From: Octopus bimaculoides
Taxonomy: Eukaryota
Direction of reading: 5' to 3'
DNA: 64,000 nucleotides
Assembly (NCBI RefSeq): GCF_001194135.2
Contig: NC_068996.1
Span: forward strand, 34,486,512 to 34,550,511
In this document: positions 1 to 14,210 of the stretch, piece after piece
Layout of the letters: every line of letters begins with the position of its first letter
How positions within the stretch are numbered: position 1 is the first letter of the stretch
Notes under the pieces: generated by a model
Database searches by the model: none
The model's input: only the letters and a program-made list of their open reading frames with translations
What the model was told of the DNA's origin: nothing
Translations under genes and position numbers: made by a program

Positions 1-739
1 TTGTACTTGTGCGTCTGCTACAGATTTTACTTTTCCTGTTAATATTTCCAGTGATTCCACTGCACTTCTTGCGTTGTCTGTTTTCCTGCTTACTAGAACT
101 TCAGTCTTTGCTAGGTTTACTTTAAGGCCGTTAGGTTCCAGGTTTTATTTTCACACCCTAACTCTAATGGAGAGGCTATGCACCAGCAGATAAGACTTAT
201 GCACTCGGCTTGCTTTTCATATAAGCTAGCTGGTGGTAGGAACTGAAAGGAAGTACGTCAAGCAAAGCTGCATGCAACCACACTTGGCACATCACATCAC
301 CTTGCATATTTCTATGTTGTTGGTGTTGAAGTAAGCAGGGTGATGTGATATATCTAGTGTGGTTGTGGGTAGCTTTGCTTGACACACACATGCACACATA
401 AAATCAAATGTATAGTCTCTATCTTCTTCACTCAAGGTTGATCAACTAATTTCTCTTTTCATTTTAAAACAACAATTTTCTCTCTACTCCAATTGCGACA
501 TTAAACTATTGGATCTAGTTCTACTGTGGCTGTAATGAAATTTCTAAATCAGGATTTTTTTCTTACTTTATGTACTGCCTCCTGTGTACTTCGAAAAGAG
601 ATTGAACTTATTTATCTGTCACTTATGTGTGTTTGAGTGTAAGTGAAAAAAACTTCTATGTAGTCAAATGAAAAACATCAATATTGTTCCAACAGCTACA
701 AGCAATTTAGATGCAATTAATTTTGTCTCTAAAGTAAAA

Positions 740-772
<33 letters not shown>

Positions 773-1102
773 NNNNNNNNNNNNNNNNNNNNNNNNNNNN
801 NNNNNNNNNNNNNNNNNNNNNNNNNNNCACCAGCTGACCCCATATTGTCATTTTTGACGACTAATTGCTAATTGTAGTAATACATAAATATGGATGGTAA
901 ATCAAATTAATACACTTGTCAATGTTATCTAGTGGTTGTCTTTTGAGATGTGACATCGATCATTTGTAACTGAAAGAATGCCAATTCACACATACATTCA
1001 CATACTTCTCTTGTACATGTACACACATATACTCCCACAGAGTTGAAATGCTGTTTGATTCTTTTCTTTTCAGTGTTGAATGTTCACCATCCCACTGTCA
1101 CT

Positions 1103-1216
<114 letters not shown>

Positions 1217-2423
1217 CCCTTTTACATACACGTATACTCACACTCTCACTACCAGTTTACCATTACCCCTTCCTTTCTCATTCATATGTTGTGACAGAGA
1301 AAAGCACAAGAGTATTATTATAGTGTGTGTGTGTATATATAAATATATATATGAGCATCATTTTGAGAATGTATGTACCTGTCTTCCTTTCCTTTCTTCC
1401 TAACACTGTCTCATATCTTCCATCAACTTCCCCCTCACCCATGTTTGCTGCTTACTACATTCACCCCTGTTTACTTCTGACCATCTCTCATTTACACACA
1501 CTTGCAAACTCTGCTCACATATCCTCTCTGATCGTCTATCTTGACACCCCAGCTTCACCTTGTGTCTTGAAGATACCCTCTGACACTCACCACCACTATC
1601 TTTATCTCCACTCCAATTGTTACCACTCCAATTATTTCCACCCATTCTTATATAATGAGCTATTGCCATGTATCTCCTCTATAACAAATGGTGTTGCTAT
1701 CACTCTGCTGTAGTTTGGTCTCTTGGCATGTTTCATAAACTCATATCTCTCTCTACTATACTTCCATTTAGTTCAAGGAGATTTTTTAGTCCTGTGAGTT
1801 ACATGGCAACTTCACTAGTGTTTGTGCCATGATAAAAGCACCCAGTACCTTCTGCGAGGTGGTTAGTGTTAAGAAGAGAATCAAGTTATCAGAACTATGA
1901 CAAAGTAGACACTGGAATATGTTGCAGTGTGTGTAAGAGTGTGGTGGTCAGAGGTAAACAGGGGTGAAGGTAGTAAGTAGCAAACAAAGGTGAGGGAGAA
2001 GTTGATGGAAGATATGAGACAGTGTTAGGAAGGAAAGAAAGGAAGACATGTACATACATTCTCAAGATGATGCTCATATATATACTATAATAATACTCTT
2101 GTGTTTTTCTCCATCACAACTGTCTAGCCCACACCAATCTCATGATGATCAGCATTACTCTTCTGTGACATTATGATGAAAATAATGACAATGACAATGA
2201 TGATGTCACAGAGGTGATAATTAGACTGATAATTTAGACTTTAGCAGATCAAGGGAAGATTTACTACCTTCTGACATTTTATATTTTAATTGAAGTTGTT
2301 GGTGAAAGTAAAACATTGGATATATTAAACCAAGAACTAAACAAATATACCTAAAAGATATTGCAATAAGGTTAAATCATTCTTATTATAGTTCTTGTTG
2401 TGGTGGCCATCCAGTTGAATTAA

Positions 2424-2640
2424 CCCTTTAGCATTTAGATTATGCTGTCAAATTTAATGGTTATTTATTCACGTTGTTTTGAATTAATCCTATATCATCT
2501 TGTAGCTTTGAGATTTTGATGATGTGATTTGTTTATTTTGAGAATGACATTGTAGGGTAGGTATGAGAGGTCAGATCTAGCTAGTTTGAACATAAAACAG
2601 AATATTTGGGCCAGACATAGTCAGTTTAAACGCTAAAGGG
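2424..2640. mobile_element. piggyBac-like MITE (TTAA|CCCTTTAGC...GCTAAAGGG|TTAA)
   Basis: TTAA on both flanks with CCC/GGG termini; related copies at about 30575-30785, 44720-44938 and 45983-46203. Confidence 0.75.
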
Positions 2641-5600
2641 TTAAGCCCTATCATTATAGAGGTGATCATTTACCAATCTGTTTATTCCTTGATATGACTA
2701 TTAATTACAATTATTGGGTCAGTGGTTACAAGTGGTATCTATTTTGGTTTCATTTCTGTATTTGCGGAAAGGAAATTAAAACCAGATATGAAAAAATAAC
2801 TGTGGAAAACATTTAGAATTACCATCTTGATTATATTTAGAATATTTATGTTGAACAACTAATTGAAGTGAGATTATAATTTTGTTACCTATGAACCACA
2901 TCTCTACAGATGAAATATTTTTGTGTCAGTGATGTATCAAAAACACCCAGTACACTCTGTAAAGTGGTTGACATTACAAAGAACATCCTGTCATAGAAAC
3001 CATTTCAAAACAGATGACTGAAGCCAGGTGCAGTTCTCTGGCTTACCAGTCTCAGTCAAACAGTCCAACCCATGCCAGCATGGAAAACGGATGTTAAATG
3101 ATGATGATAGTGTTTGCAAGATAAAAATCTAGAGAGCTTGAGAGAACATGAAGTAATTCATTTTTAACTTTTATACTTGAAGAAGATAAAGCTACAAATA
3201 ATCCTTTCTACTATAGGCATAATTTGTGGGGAGGGGTTAAATCACTTACATCGTCCCCAGTACTTGACTAGTACTTAATTTATAGATGCCAAAAGGATGA
3301 AACACAAAGTCGATCTCGGGAGAATTTGAACTCAGAACATAGTGACAAGCGAAATACCCCTAAGCATTTCATCCAAGGTATCAACAATTCTACCAGCTCA
3401 CCGCCTTGATAAAGCTACAAATAATGGCATGTAAATATTGGGCACAAGCAGCCTTTGATTTTTTCTAACAGTGTTTCTCAACAATTTTTTGCTATAGACC
3501 CCTCTGATTCCTATTTTAATGTACTTGACCTCCACAGCCAAAAAATAAATCATCCTGCTGGTGCCATTTACATGGCACCCACCCACAAGTCATGGTTGTG
3601 GTCAGTGCCAGTGTCATGTAAATAGCTCCTGTGCCAGTGGCACGTAAAAGGACCCAATACACTCCTGGAGTGGTTGGCATTAGGAAGGGCATCAAGCTGT
3701 AGAAATCATGCCGAATCAGACTGGAATAGCTCTTCAGTTCATCAGCTCCAGTCAAACTGCCTAACCTATGCTAGCATGGAGGGTGGACATTAAATGATGA
3801 TGAAAATGATATTATTAGGAATTGTATAAAAGAAAAAAAATTTTTGTGTATTGTAGATGTATAAGCAATTTATTGCACATAAATTTTAACAAGAAAATTT
3901 TAGATGGACCTCAGTTGAGAACTGTTCTAACTAGTGTATTTTTAACCCAATATTTACATGCTATTATTTATAGCTTTACCTACTTTGAGCACAGCTGTTA
4001 AAAATGAAATATTTTAGTATTTACAATTTACACTATATTTTGTTAGATTTAGCTGCTATTTCTAGCTGATCTTGTGACTGTAGAAGTGCTCCCATTTCAT
4101 CATCAATATTGTATAAGTCTGAGTTCAAATTCTGCCAAGGTCGACTTTGCCTTTCGGGGTCAATAAATTAAGTACCAGTTGTGGACTAGGGTTGATCTAA
4201 TCGACTGCCCCTGCCAAAAAAAAAAAAAAAAAATTTCGGGCCTTGTGCCTAGAATAAAAAAGAATATTGTATAAGTGTCAGGGATGGTCAAGGAGGATTC
4301 ACTTTTTTTTTTTTTTTCAAATATTTTTTTTTCTTTTTGCATCCATTTTTTCATAGTATGATATCATGTGTCTGCATTTTTAAAATTCATATCAGCAATA
4401 ACAATACACATTTATTTCCTGTCATTCTTAATAAATATGTTTGTTTCTTTTAGGAGTATTTTAGTTTAAGAAACCATCATTATTTAGAGCTTCATGATTG
4501 TTGCAGTTACCACCACCACAAACATTGTCATCAAAACCACACTACCATCATTATCACAAATACCATCACCACCATCACTTCAGTTACCACTGTCACTACA
4601 ACTACTATCATCACCATCACTATTCCCACCCACCCCCAGTACTGTCACCTCTGTTATCACCCCCTCATCCCCACCACCGTAATCATCATAATCTGTATTT
4701 TGCTTAAGAATTTAACTTTGACATTTTGGAAGAAGTAAAACTGATAGATTTGCTATTTTATCTTTTAAATAGTTTTCTCCATAATTTGCACTCATACAGC
4801 ATAAAATGTGAACTTGTCATTTTACATTTTCATGTAAATTACATTTGCCATTAATTCACCCAAAAGTAATGGTCTTGGCATAATTAGGAATCCTGAAGAA
4901 ATGGATCTTGAAACAGTTGCATATTTCTGTGTCAAAAATGAGTGAAAGAATAAAAAAGACTGATTTTGGTTTTGTCTTCTAATAATGCTGCTAACCTATC
5001 TGTAATAAACGTGTGTGATATTGATCTTTCCTACTACAACCTACAAGGTTTCAAACAGTCTTGTATATCAACAGTCTGTGTGAGGAAATCTAAGCCATAT
5101 GATGTATGTGTGTCAATGTCAACTTTCATAGCTATTAACTTGTTTCTATTCTTCTGTTTCCTTACCTTAGCAACTGGATTCTGTCAATTCCCAAATCATT
5201 TTACTCTCAGCCATAACCAACGTAGTATATATTCTTTATTTAGGTCCTGAAGTCTGGCTTATATTTTAAAATCAGTATTATTGTTGTTGTTGTTATCAGC
5301 AGCAGCAGCATTTGTTACATTGTTTTATGTTAGTTTCTTCGATAAAACACATACTTTACACAATCACAGCCCAACAGAACACAACACAACACTCTTCTCA
5401 TTTTCAACATGGTAGTGTGTGTGAATTGAATGAGATTTGACTGCTGTTTCTAGCAGGTTGAGAGGTAGAGAATCTGAAACCATGTGACAGATTGTGACCA
5501 CAAGAAAGAAGTAGCATTTTTGAAGGAAAGATCATTATGCTAGAACATTTTTGTTGATTTAATTTTTATTTAATACTATATTTCCTAAAAATTGCAAACT

Positions 5601-6346
5601 TTAGAACCCCCTATTTATGTTTCTTTATCTACATCTGTAATTAATTACTTGAAATAATTACAGTGGCATTTAAAACATAGAAATCCAAAGAAATTTTTGA
5701 AAAACAAATTTTTTGTTCATCACCATATCCATCTGCCACTTTTTTCTACACTCTTGGAAACTTACTTGTCTACCAACTCCTCCTGTCCGACTCTCTGTAT
5801 TACTTTTCTTATACGAGGAGATGCTGAAGAGTTCCTAGCTTTAAGGGTGTCATGAAAAGTATAGTTGGAAGCCCAACTTTCCGAGTTCTTTTGCACTGCA
5901 ATAAGCGTATGAATCTGAGAGGGGAATATGTTGAATAAAATCATTATTAACTAATCCTCCTGTATTTTCTTTTACCCAAAGCCAGGAACTTTTCAGCATC
6001 CCCTCGTATTCATCTTTCTGTAACTTGAGGATACACTCTGACACATATTCACCACCATCTTTTCTCTTGTTACCAACTGGAACAGTCATGTATCTCCTCT
6101 ACAACGAGACACTTGTACCTTGCTCTATCATATTTTAACTACTCATCACCTGACATAAAGCCACCTCCCTCAAGATTATACCCTTTCAGTTGTGTGATCT
6201 TGTCTTTTGAGTTACTCAGTAATGTCACTAGTCATCTCACATAGAAAACATCCAGTACACTCTGTAAAGTGGTTAGCATTAGGAGGGGTGTCCAACTGTA
6301 GAAACCATGCCAAATCAGACAGGAACACTTGGTGCAGTCCTATGGC

Positions 6347-6999
6347 GGATCTATTTCAAAACGGGGGCACCAGTTTTCATTTATGTTTTATGTAGTGTTT
6401 TTGGTACCGAAAGACTTTCAAACTTCGTATACTTATCTATTTTGTGCTATAGAACAGAAAAAAATTTTTGTATTCGAATTTATTTCATGTAAAAAATTGT
6501 CTTATTTCGATAATTTCTACTAATCACTGACGTCTATTCAGTTGAAAACAGTTAGCGCTGTAACGGTGTATATCGTATTAATCCCCTAACCCTAACCCTA
6601 ACTAGACTGTTAACCCTAACCCTAACCCTAAAACTAACCCTAACTCTAGAATCCGAACTCTAAAATTGTTACACACATAGATNNNNNNNNNNATTTATTA
6701 TATAAACAATATATGCGTATAAATTACGATTAAACCGGATGAAATATGTCACAGGGAATAACATTTTTATGACCGCCCAGCAGTAACTCTATTGAGCTGA
6801 ATAGACGTCAGTGATTGGTTGAAATTACAGAAATACGACAACTTTAACATGGAATAACTTGCGATGTACGTTTTTTTGTTAAGAAGACTAAGAGTAAAAG
6901 ATGTTTTATATGACACATTCTACCAGTGTCCCAAGTTTCAAAGTGTTTCGTTAGTGTTTCGTTAAGAAAATACTGGTGCCCCCGTTTTGAAATAGATCC
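6347..6999. mobile_element. Non-autonomous DNA transposon (MITE), 28-bp TIR, 8-bp TSD, Merlin-like termini, telomeric core
   Basis: TIR GGATCTATTTCAAAACGGGGGCACCAGT is perfect at both ends; TSD CCTATGGC at 6339-6346 and 7000-7007; the element interrupts a SINE. Confidence 0.9.
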
Positions 7000-8874
7000 C
7001 CTATGGCTTACCAACTCCTGTTAAACCATCCACCTCATGCCAAGATGGAAAATAGATGTTACATGATGATGATGATGATGATGATAATTACAGTGGGGTT
7101 GTTTGTTCTGAAACTCCAACTTTTTTTATTTTTACAGTTGGTTGAAGTTTGTATTAATGATTATATTTGATAAAACAATAGGTTCATTACTATAGAAATT
7201 TTTTAAAAATACATCCTTGTCAGGTAGCAATTAACTTCAATGTGTCTTCTACTTTAAAAAAAATACCCATCCTCTGATGTAGAGATTCCATGTTTGGTTT
7301 GAAGAGCATTTCATTGATTAATTTGTCATGTTTACTTCCTTCTCTTGCAGTCCTGGGATAGAATTCTGACAAGTTTTATTATATTTTATTCCTCTAAATC
7401 AATGAACTAAGTAATAGTAATACTAGCATTGAATTGTGAAGAGTAATTGTTTGAGTTTCTGATATTTTTTTTAAAGAGATTGTGAAATATTGACATCTTA
7501 GTAACAACAACTTGTAGATGTTAACAAAGAACAACTACTATATTTAACTGGGTATAATGAGAAAAATTTAATAGACGATACCAGAGTTAAAATTAGAAGG
7601 GGAGCATTATACTGTTTTTTTTTTTTCGTTTTATTCTGAAAGAAGAGGTAGTGCCTATCACCCTTGCAGTCCATTTGAGACAGATTGGCAACGTTGATGC
7701 TATTAATGTTATAGCTCAAAACTTGCAAGGAAGACATGAGTTTGGAAAAGATTCCAGTGGAATGATGTTCTGGGAAGGAAGGATGGACCAAGATGATGGT
7801 ATGTGAAAAGAGATGTTCAGGTTAGAGTTGTCTGAGTGGTGGATGTATGAGATAAGCAGCTGTGAGGAACAGGGGGTAATAGCAGTGATAGAAAAGACAG
7901 AGAGGATATAGCATGCTTGTGGGCTAGAGTTTTAAGACTTATCAATCAAGTGGCCCTTTTATAGATGTGGTCTGAGGTGTCTGTCAAAAAACATAAACCA
8001 TATCTGATTTTTAAGTTCAAAAAGAGTGGGATTGCATTACATTTAAGATGGCATTTATTGAGGTAAATACACTAACTCTGATATTGTTGGCCTGGACGAG
8101 AGATGGTATGTCACCAATGAGGTCATGAATGGTGATCAAAGAGCTTTGACAAACATAACTGATTGATTAACCAAATAATTAATCAAATGATAGATTAGTT
8201 AATTGATTAAATAACCAACTGATAAATAATTTAAAAAAAAATAAAACCTGTGTGTGTTTATCATTGGCATAATGACTCTCCCAATATACTACAAAACCTG
8301 TTTCAATACATGCTTTCACATCAAGAATCTTGCAAAGCAAATGCAAAAACGAAATAAATTGCAATTCATCTAAAAATGTTCACTGAACAAGGATTTTTAT
8401 GTTTTATAGGTTTTTTTAATATTATAGTATCAATAAAATGGATTTTTTTTATTCTTCAAAGATTAGGAACACTCTACATTAATTTATCAATTCTCTTCAG
8501 TGTTTGCCATTTTGTTTTTGTCATTGATGAATAATTTGTTATTGATTTTAGATTTCGGAAAGCAACATCCACAATTTCTATTGCATATCCAACAATATTG
8601 ACATTTTTTTTTTTTTGACGTCATACAATATTCTTTGAAAATATCCAACAATGTTGCCTATCCTGCAATATCTACTATTTGTGTCATATCAAGCAATAAT
8701 ATCACATTAATTCTTTCATGTACATTTTTTCTTACTAGCATGGGTTAGACAACCATGTTATTGAAGATGCCTTTCCTGTTGCTATCCCTTACTAATTTTC
8801 CCAAGGAAGGGATTTCTTGTTCCACACACCTTCAAAGGCACAAAGCAGGGTTACCAAGTACTTGCAAGACAAAA

Positions 8875-9485
8875 AAAAAAACTATTTTGAGAAAGGAGGA
8901 GGCATTGGAGGAGGTGATCTTGTGTCAGATGAGGAAAAGTTATAGTGAGATAGAGTCAGAAAAAGGTGCCTTGCTGTAGAGGAGGTTACCCAGCCAGAGA
9001 GTGGGAGATCAGGAATGAAGACAGAAACAGGTGTGCTATTGAGACAGGGCATGTGCAGAACACACAGGTCAGAAGCTAGCAGAGAGCAATGATACAGTGT
9101 CATAGGGCCAAGAGAAGTGGGAGGTAAGTTTAGTGCATGAAGTGGAAATGTGAAGAGAAGAGATGTAGTTGGGTTTGTTGTGGTAGTGTGCATGAGAAAT
9201 TTTAAGTGTGGGTGGGGGACACAGCGCTTCTAGAACTCAGTTTTGCTGATGTGGGCGGATCTTCTCAAGAACTTCATATCGCCAGACATCTCAGTCTATT
9301 GTCATTTCCTCCATGAAGTTCAACACCTTGAGATCAGTCCTTACCACTTCATCCTATGTCTTCCTGGGTTTCCCTCTTCCAGGGGTACTATCTACTTTCT
9401 GTGAGTGGCACTTCTTTATGAAGTTGTCCTCATTCATACACATCACATGTCCAAACCAACATAGTCTTCTCTCTTGCATGCTACA
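8875..9485 (-). mobile_element. RTE-like 3' end with long 3' tail (family shared with 62260-63560)
   Basis: ERRLCWFGHVMCMNEDNFIKKC...PGRGKPRKT; adjoining sequence is homologous to 62600-63560. Confidence 0.65.
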
Positions 9486-11099
9486 TTTGATTTGGGAATA
9501 TATTTCAATTGAAATTGATTTGGGAATATATTTCAATTTTAAATATATACGACAGACGTTGAGCACAAACCTTGTGCAAACTAAGTTCACACACGATATA
9601 GCTAGATGGGCTCAGAAGAAAAGCCATAGTATTTAATAATTATTGTTATTATTAAAATATTAATACTAAATTAAGATACATATACATTTTAATTGTTAAG
9701 TTTATTGCATAAGCATTTTGCAATGAAATTACATGTGGCCTTAGCAACTAGATATTGAAAAAATGGGGGAATCCTAGATTCATTGACTAAATCACATATG
9801 AATAATAACAACAATAACTTAGCTGTTGATTCAAGAGCGAGTGAGTAAGTTGTTGATTCGTTATTCATGTACAATGTTTTGGAGGCCCAGTGAATTATTG
9901 CCTTCACTTTAGAAATAGAAGTTTCAAGTTTAAGCCTAGTTTTGCCATACTGGCAAGGGGGTATGTGGGTTCGTTCCAGCACAGCATCTCACTACAAATA
10001 ATTAAAGACTTTGCTTGGAGCATTAATCTTCACATTTCATGCTGTACCATTGCTTTGGTCTTTTGTTAATATTTCCTTACCATTTTATGTCAACACACAT
10101 CCTTACTATTTTATATGAATACTCACCCTAAGTCCTTAAACTTTGAAATCTAATCTTTTTGTATTTTTAGTTATAAGATATCTAAAGATTTGAAACCTTA
10201 TCATTAGATATAAGAAAAAGATGAGACATTGCTGGGTTGTGGTGACATATACAAAGGAATTATTTTTTCGATTTTTATATTGTATAAAGAAAATTATCTT
10301 TTATCTTAAACAGGTCTTTGGTTCCATTAGTGAAGGATTCATTTTAAATGTAGAATGTTATTTATTGAAGTCATATCTGTCTGACTGAGTCTCTCTCTGC
10401 CTGCCTGCCTGTCTTTCTCCCCTTTCCTTGACCAACAGAGCTTTTAACTTCCTTTAATTGCTGAATCTAGAGGATGTAACAGAGCCCATGAATCTTGCAA
10501 ACCCATTGAGATTACTGATACCATTAACATTCATGTGTACGTGAATCTTTTGGTAAAACTGTCTTCTTGTACATTCTGTCTCTTGGATCAGTAACTTTCT
10601 GCCAGCTTGTACTATCACAGTGTGCTAAGTGATATTCTATCAACTCTGGTATATTCCAGGGTTCAGTTTTGTCCCTTATATTCTTCCTTCTTGTTGTGGA
10701 GTGAACTGACACCCCTGCACATGACTGTCAGTGGACTGGATGAGCCTTATAAATAGACAGTTGAGGTCGAGCTGTGAGAGTGTTAGTCTCATAATTGATT
10801 CTGTGTTGGAGTATTGGATTGTTATTGTGCGAACGGTTAGAAGATAACCAACTAGTTACATTGTTTATTGTTATACAATTATATTTGGTACTATGATACA
10901 TTGTTAAACACACACACACACACACACACTATATATATCGTCACTTCTATACATCCATGACCTATCTGCCATCATCTTCAGTAACACTCCTACACGGATG
11001 ATATTACTTTTCAAGCTTCCCTTATCTCCTTCCCTTAAGTAGTATCCACTTGCAACCTAGATATTTCATTGTCAAACTTACAGTATCTTTATAATCATA

Positions 11100-11420
11100 G
11101 AACTTGAAAAACATCCTCAAACGGGGCTGTACCAATCTGGTCTCCTGCACGACACATTACTGCTTACATCAAGAGAATATTCTCGGTCCCTTCAAATATT
11201 AGCTGTTACTGTTACTGATTTCTCCTGGCTAACACATATCTTCAGCAAAGACAAAGTACCAGATATTACTTCAGTCCCCAACAACTATTAAATCTCTATA
11301 AAGCTGAGTGAGATTCACAATAGAGTACTGTGCCCATGTCTGGGGTAGTACTGCTACTTCAGACATTATAGACCAAAGAAAGACCACTTATTGATTGTCA
11401 TAAAGTATTACTCGAACCTC
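11100..11420 (+). mobile_element. Degenerate CR1/L2/Jockey-like LINE 3' fragment
   Basis: Frameshifted LYKA / VRFTIEYCAHVWGS motif at about 11295-11350. Confidence 0.45.
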
Positions 11421-12673
11421 TCTCCCACAGATCTGCTGTCTCTATTCTGATTCTTTTTTTCTTTCTTTTCTGCTACTACAACCATGGCCTCTGCTCTTCA
11501 AAGTCAGCTGGTATCTTACCAAAATTATTCCCAGCTTGTCCATCTGCTTCTTGTCACCTATAGCAATAGTCCCCAGCCATTTTTGCACCACAGACCAATT
11601 TCATGCACAACAATTTTCCCACAGACCAGGTGATCACATGCATAACAAAACGCAAAGTGCATACTATATAATTTGATTATATACATATATGATACCTATA
11701 TTTATATTACAGATATTATAATGCAAAAACACCCTGCAGATTGCTGTAGTTAATAAAATAGAAATAAAATTTTAAAACTTATTCTTTCTATGCAGCCTGG
11801 TATCAAATGATCTATGATCTGGTACTAGTTTGTGGCCAACTGGTTGGGGACCACTGACCTACGGTATGTCCTCATTCTATTAGGTCCTGCACTAACTACA
11901 ATACTCAATCATTCCTACTCTCACTGTTGTCTCTCTGTAATTTCCTTTTCTCTAAATGTTTTTTTCCTGCAGACATTAACTTACGACAGTTTAATCAGAA
12001 CATTGACATCAATCTCACCAATCTCAGACAGTCTGTGAAGGTTATGAGTACAGCTGCTTCCTTTAGATAAAAAAAAAAAGTTCAAAAAAAAAAAAACAGA
12101 AAGAAAGAAGAATAAAAAAAATGTATTTTGTATATTACCATTTTCAGTTGATTATTTATCTTTTAATGTCAACCACTGATGGTATAGTAAAGCCTGGAAA
12201 CTAAAGACAAGATTTGGTTCATATTTTCATTTAAAACAACTTCACATATGCTATTAATGTCTTTCAAATGAGAAGCTCATGAAAATCAACTAAATTTCTA
12301 CCACCACCACAACCACACTTTTTAAATATGTGTGATTTACGGGAGATTTGGCTGTTGTTTCTAGTAACTTTTATATAGATATAAGATTTAGTTTCTGTGT
12401 ATTTCTTATATAAACATGCGCATGCATTGCTATTTTGTAACTGTCTTCCATTCTCTGTTCCTCTCTTTCTCTCTCTTCATTTCTCCCGTTCTCTATTCCT
12501 TTCTCCCCCTCTCTCTCTTTTCCTCTCTCCCTCTTCTCTCTCGCTCTCTCAAACGCATACACGTGCACGTACACACAAGTATTCACTACAAGATAACTCA
12601 TGTTCATCAATGTTTTGTAAATATACAAACTACGGAGCTTATGGACAACACATTGCAAATCAGTGAACTTCAT

Positions 12674-13557
12674 NNNNNNNNNNNNNNNNNNNNNNNNNNN
12701 NNNNNNNNNNNNNNNNNNNNNNNNNNNNNNNNNNNNNNNNNNNNNNNNNNNNNNNNNNNNNNNNNNNNNNNNNNNNNNNNNNNNNNNNNNNNNNNNNNNN
12801 NNNNNNNNNNNNNNNNNNNNNNNNNNNNNNNNNNNNNNNNNNNNNNNNNNNNNNNNNNNNNNNNNNNNNNNNNNNNNNNNNNNNNNNNNNNNNNNNNNNN
12901 NNNNNNNNNNNNNNNNNNNNNNNNNNNNNNNNNNNNNNNNNNNNNNNNNNNNNNNNNNNNNNNNNNNNNNNNNNNNNNNNNNNNNNNNNNNNNNNNNNNN
13001 NNNNNNNNNNNNNNNNNNNNNNNNNNNNNNNNNNNNNNNNNNNNNNNNNNNNNNNNNNNNNNNNNNNNNNNNNNNNNNNNNNNNNNNNNNNNNNNNNNNN
13101 NNNNNNNNNNNNNNNNNNNNNNNNNNNNNNNNNNNNNNNNNNNNNNNNNNNNNNNNNNNNNNNNNNNNNNNNNNNNNNNNNNNNNNNNNNNNNNNNNNNN
13201 NNNNNNNNNNNNNNNNNNNNNNNNNNNNNNNNNNNNNNNNNNNNNNNNNNNNNNNNNNNNNNNNNNNNNNNNNNNNNNNNNNNNNNNNNNNNNNNNNNNN
13301 NNNNNNNNNNNNNNNNNNNNNNNNNNNNNNNNNNNNNNNNNNNNNNNNNNNNNNNNNNNNNNNNNNNNNNNNNNNNNNNNNNNNNNNNNNNNNNNNNNNN
13401 NNNNNNNNNNNNNNNNNNNNNNNNNNNNNNNNNNNNNNNNNNNNNNNNNNNNNNNNNNNNNNNNNNNNNNNNNNNNNNNNNNNNNNNNNNNNNNNNNNNN
13501 NNNNNNNNNNNNNNNNNNNNNNNNNNNNNNNNNNNNNNNNNNNNNNNNNNNNNNNNN
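12674..13557. other. Assembly gap (others at 773-827, 6683-6692, 17007-17416, 20046-20853, 27518-27527, 31853-31862, 32961-33060, 35478-35711, 42413-42422)
   Basis: Runs of N; the long X-filled ORFs in the track are artefacts of these. Confidence 1.
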
Positions 13558-13810
13558 ATAAAATAAAAGACACCATTTCGAGCGTGGCCGTTGCCAGTAT
13601 CGCCTGACTGGCCTTTGTGCAGGTGACACGTGAAAGCACCTACTACACTCTCTGAGTGGTTGGCGTTAGGAAGGGCATCCAGCTGTAGAAACTCTGCCAA
13701 ATTTAGATTGGAGCCTGGTGTTGCCATCCGGTTTCACCAGTCCTCAGTCAAATTGTCCAACCCATGCTAGCATGGAAAGCGGACGTTAAACGATGATGAT
13801 GATGATGATA
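13558..13810 (+). mobile_element. Young SINE, family ending in (GAT)n
   Basis: Near-identical to copies at 23640-23880 (opposite), 42173-42412 (opposite) and 52080-52500; older copies at about 2940-3110, 3570-3800, 6245-7085, 30960-31110, 41130-41260, 53690-53900 and 63590-63860. Confidence 0.85.
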
Positions 13811-14210
13811 TATATGTATATATAAATTTAAAGAAGACAGAAAATTGAGAAATATCGATGAACAACAATTGACTTATATCATTTATTATTTATTAATTCA
13901 ATACAAATAGACTGCATCCCATCTAACAACTGTTTCTGCTTCCAATGTTGTATGTTATTGCCATTGATATGCTAAAATGTGTATGCCCATGGTTAAACGT
14001 AGGTAATATACCTGTAGTGTAATGGATACATCTATTCCTTAGACAGTTATTTTAACCTCTAACTCAACTAACCTTATATATATATATATATTCTGGTGGG
14101 TGACAAGTTCAAAAGAAGTCATGTCCATCCACTTTGGATAAAGTACTCAAACCTAAGTCCAAGGATGAATAAAATATTTAATCCATAATCGTTAGTCTGA
14201 TGAAATATAT

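Noticed and set aside
5762-6089. Overlapping minus-strand ORFs that look coding
   Set aside because: No recognisable motif or splice structure; probably an unidentifiable TE remnant
6583-6650. (CCCTAA)n as a true telomere or chromosome-fusion site
   Set aside because: Short, interrupted and enclosed within a TSD-flanked transposon
9689-9982. 97-aa minus ORF vaguely like an RT segment
   Set aside because: No diagnostic RT motifs could be confirmed
12371-13727. Long ORFs of 300-420 aa (also at 16898-17482, 19927-20936 and 35389-35780)
   Set aside because: They are open only because they run through N gaps
14198-14210. CTGATGA next to the LTR edge as an interrupted hammerhead
   Set aside because: Rejoining the flanks gives no stem II or GAAAC
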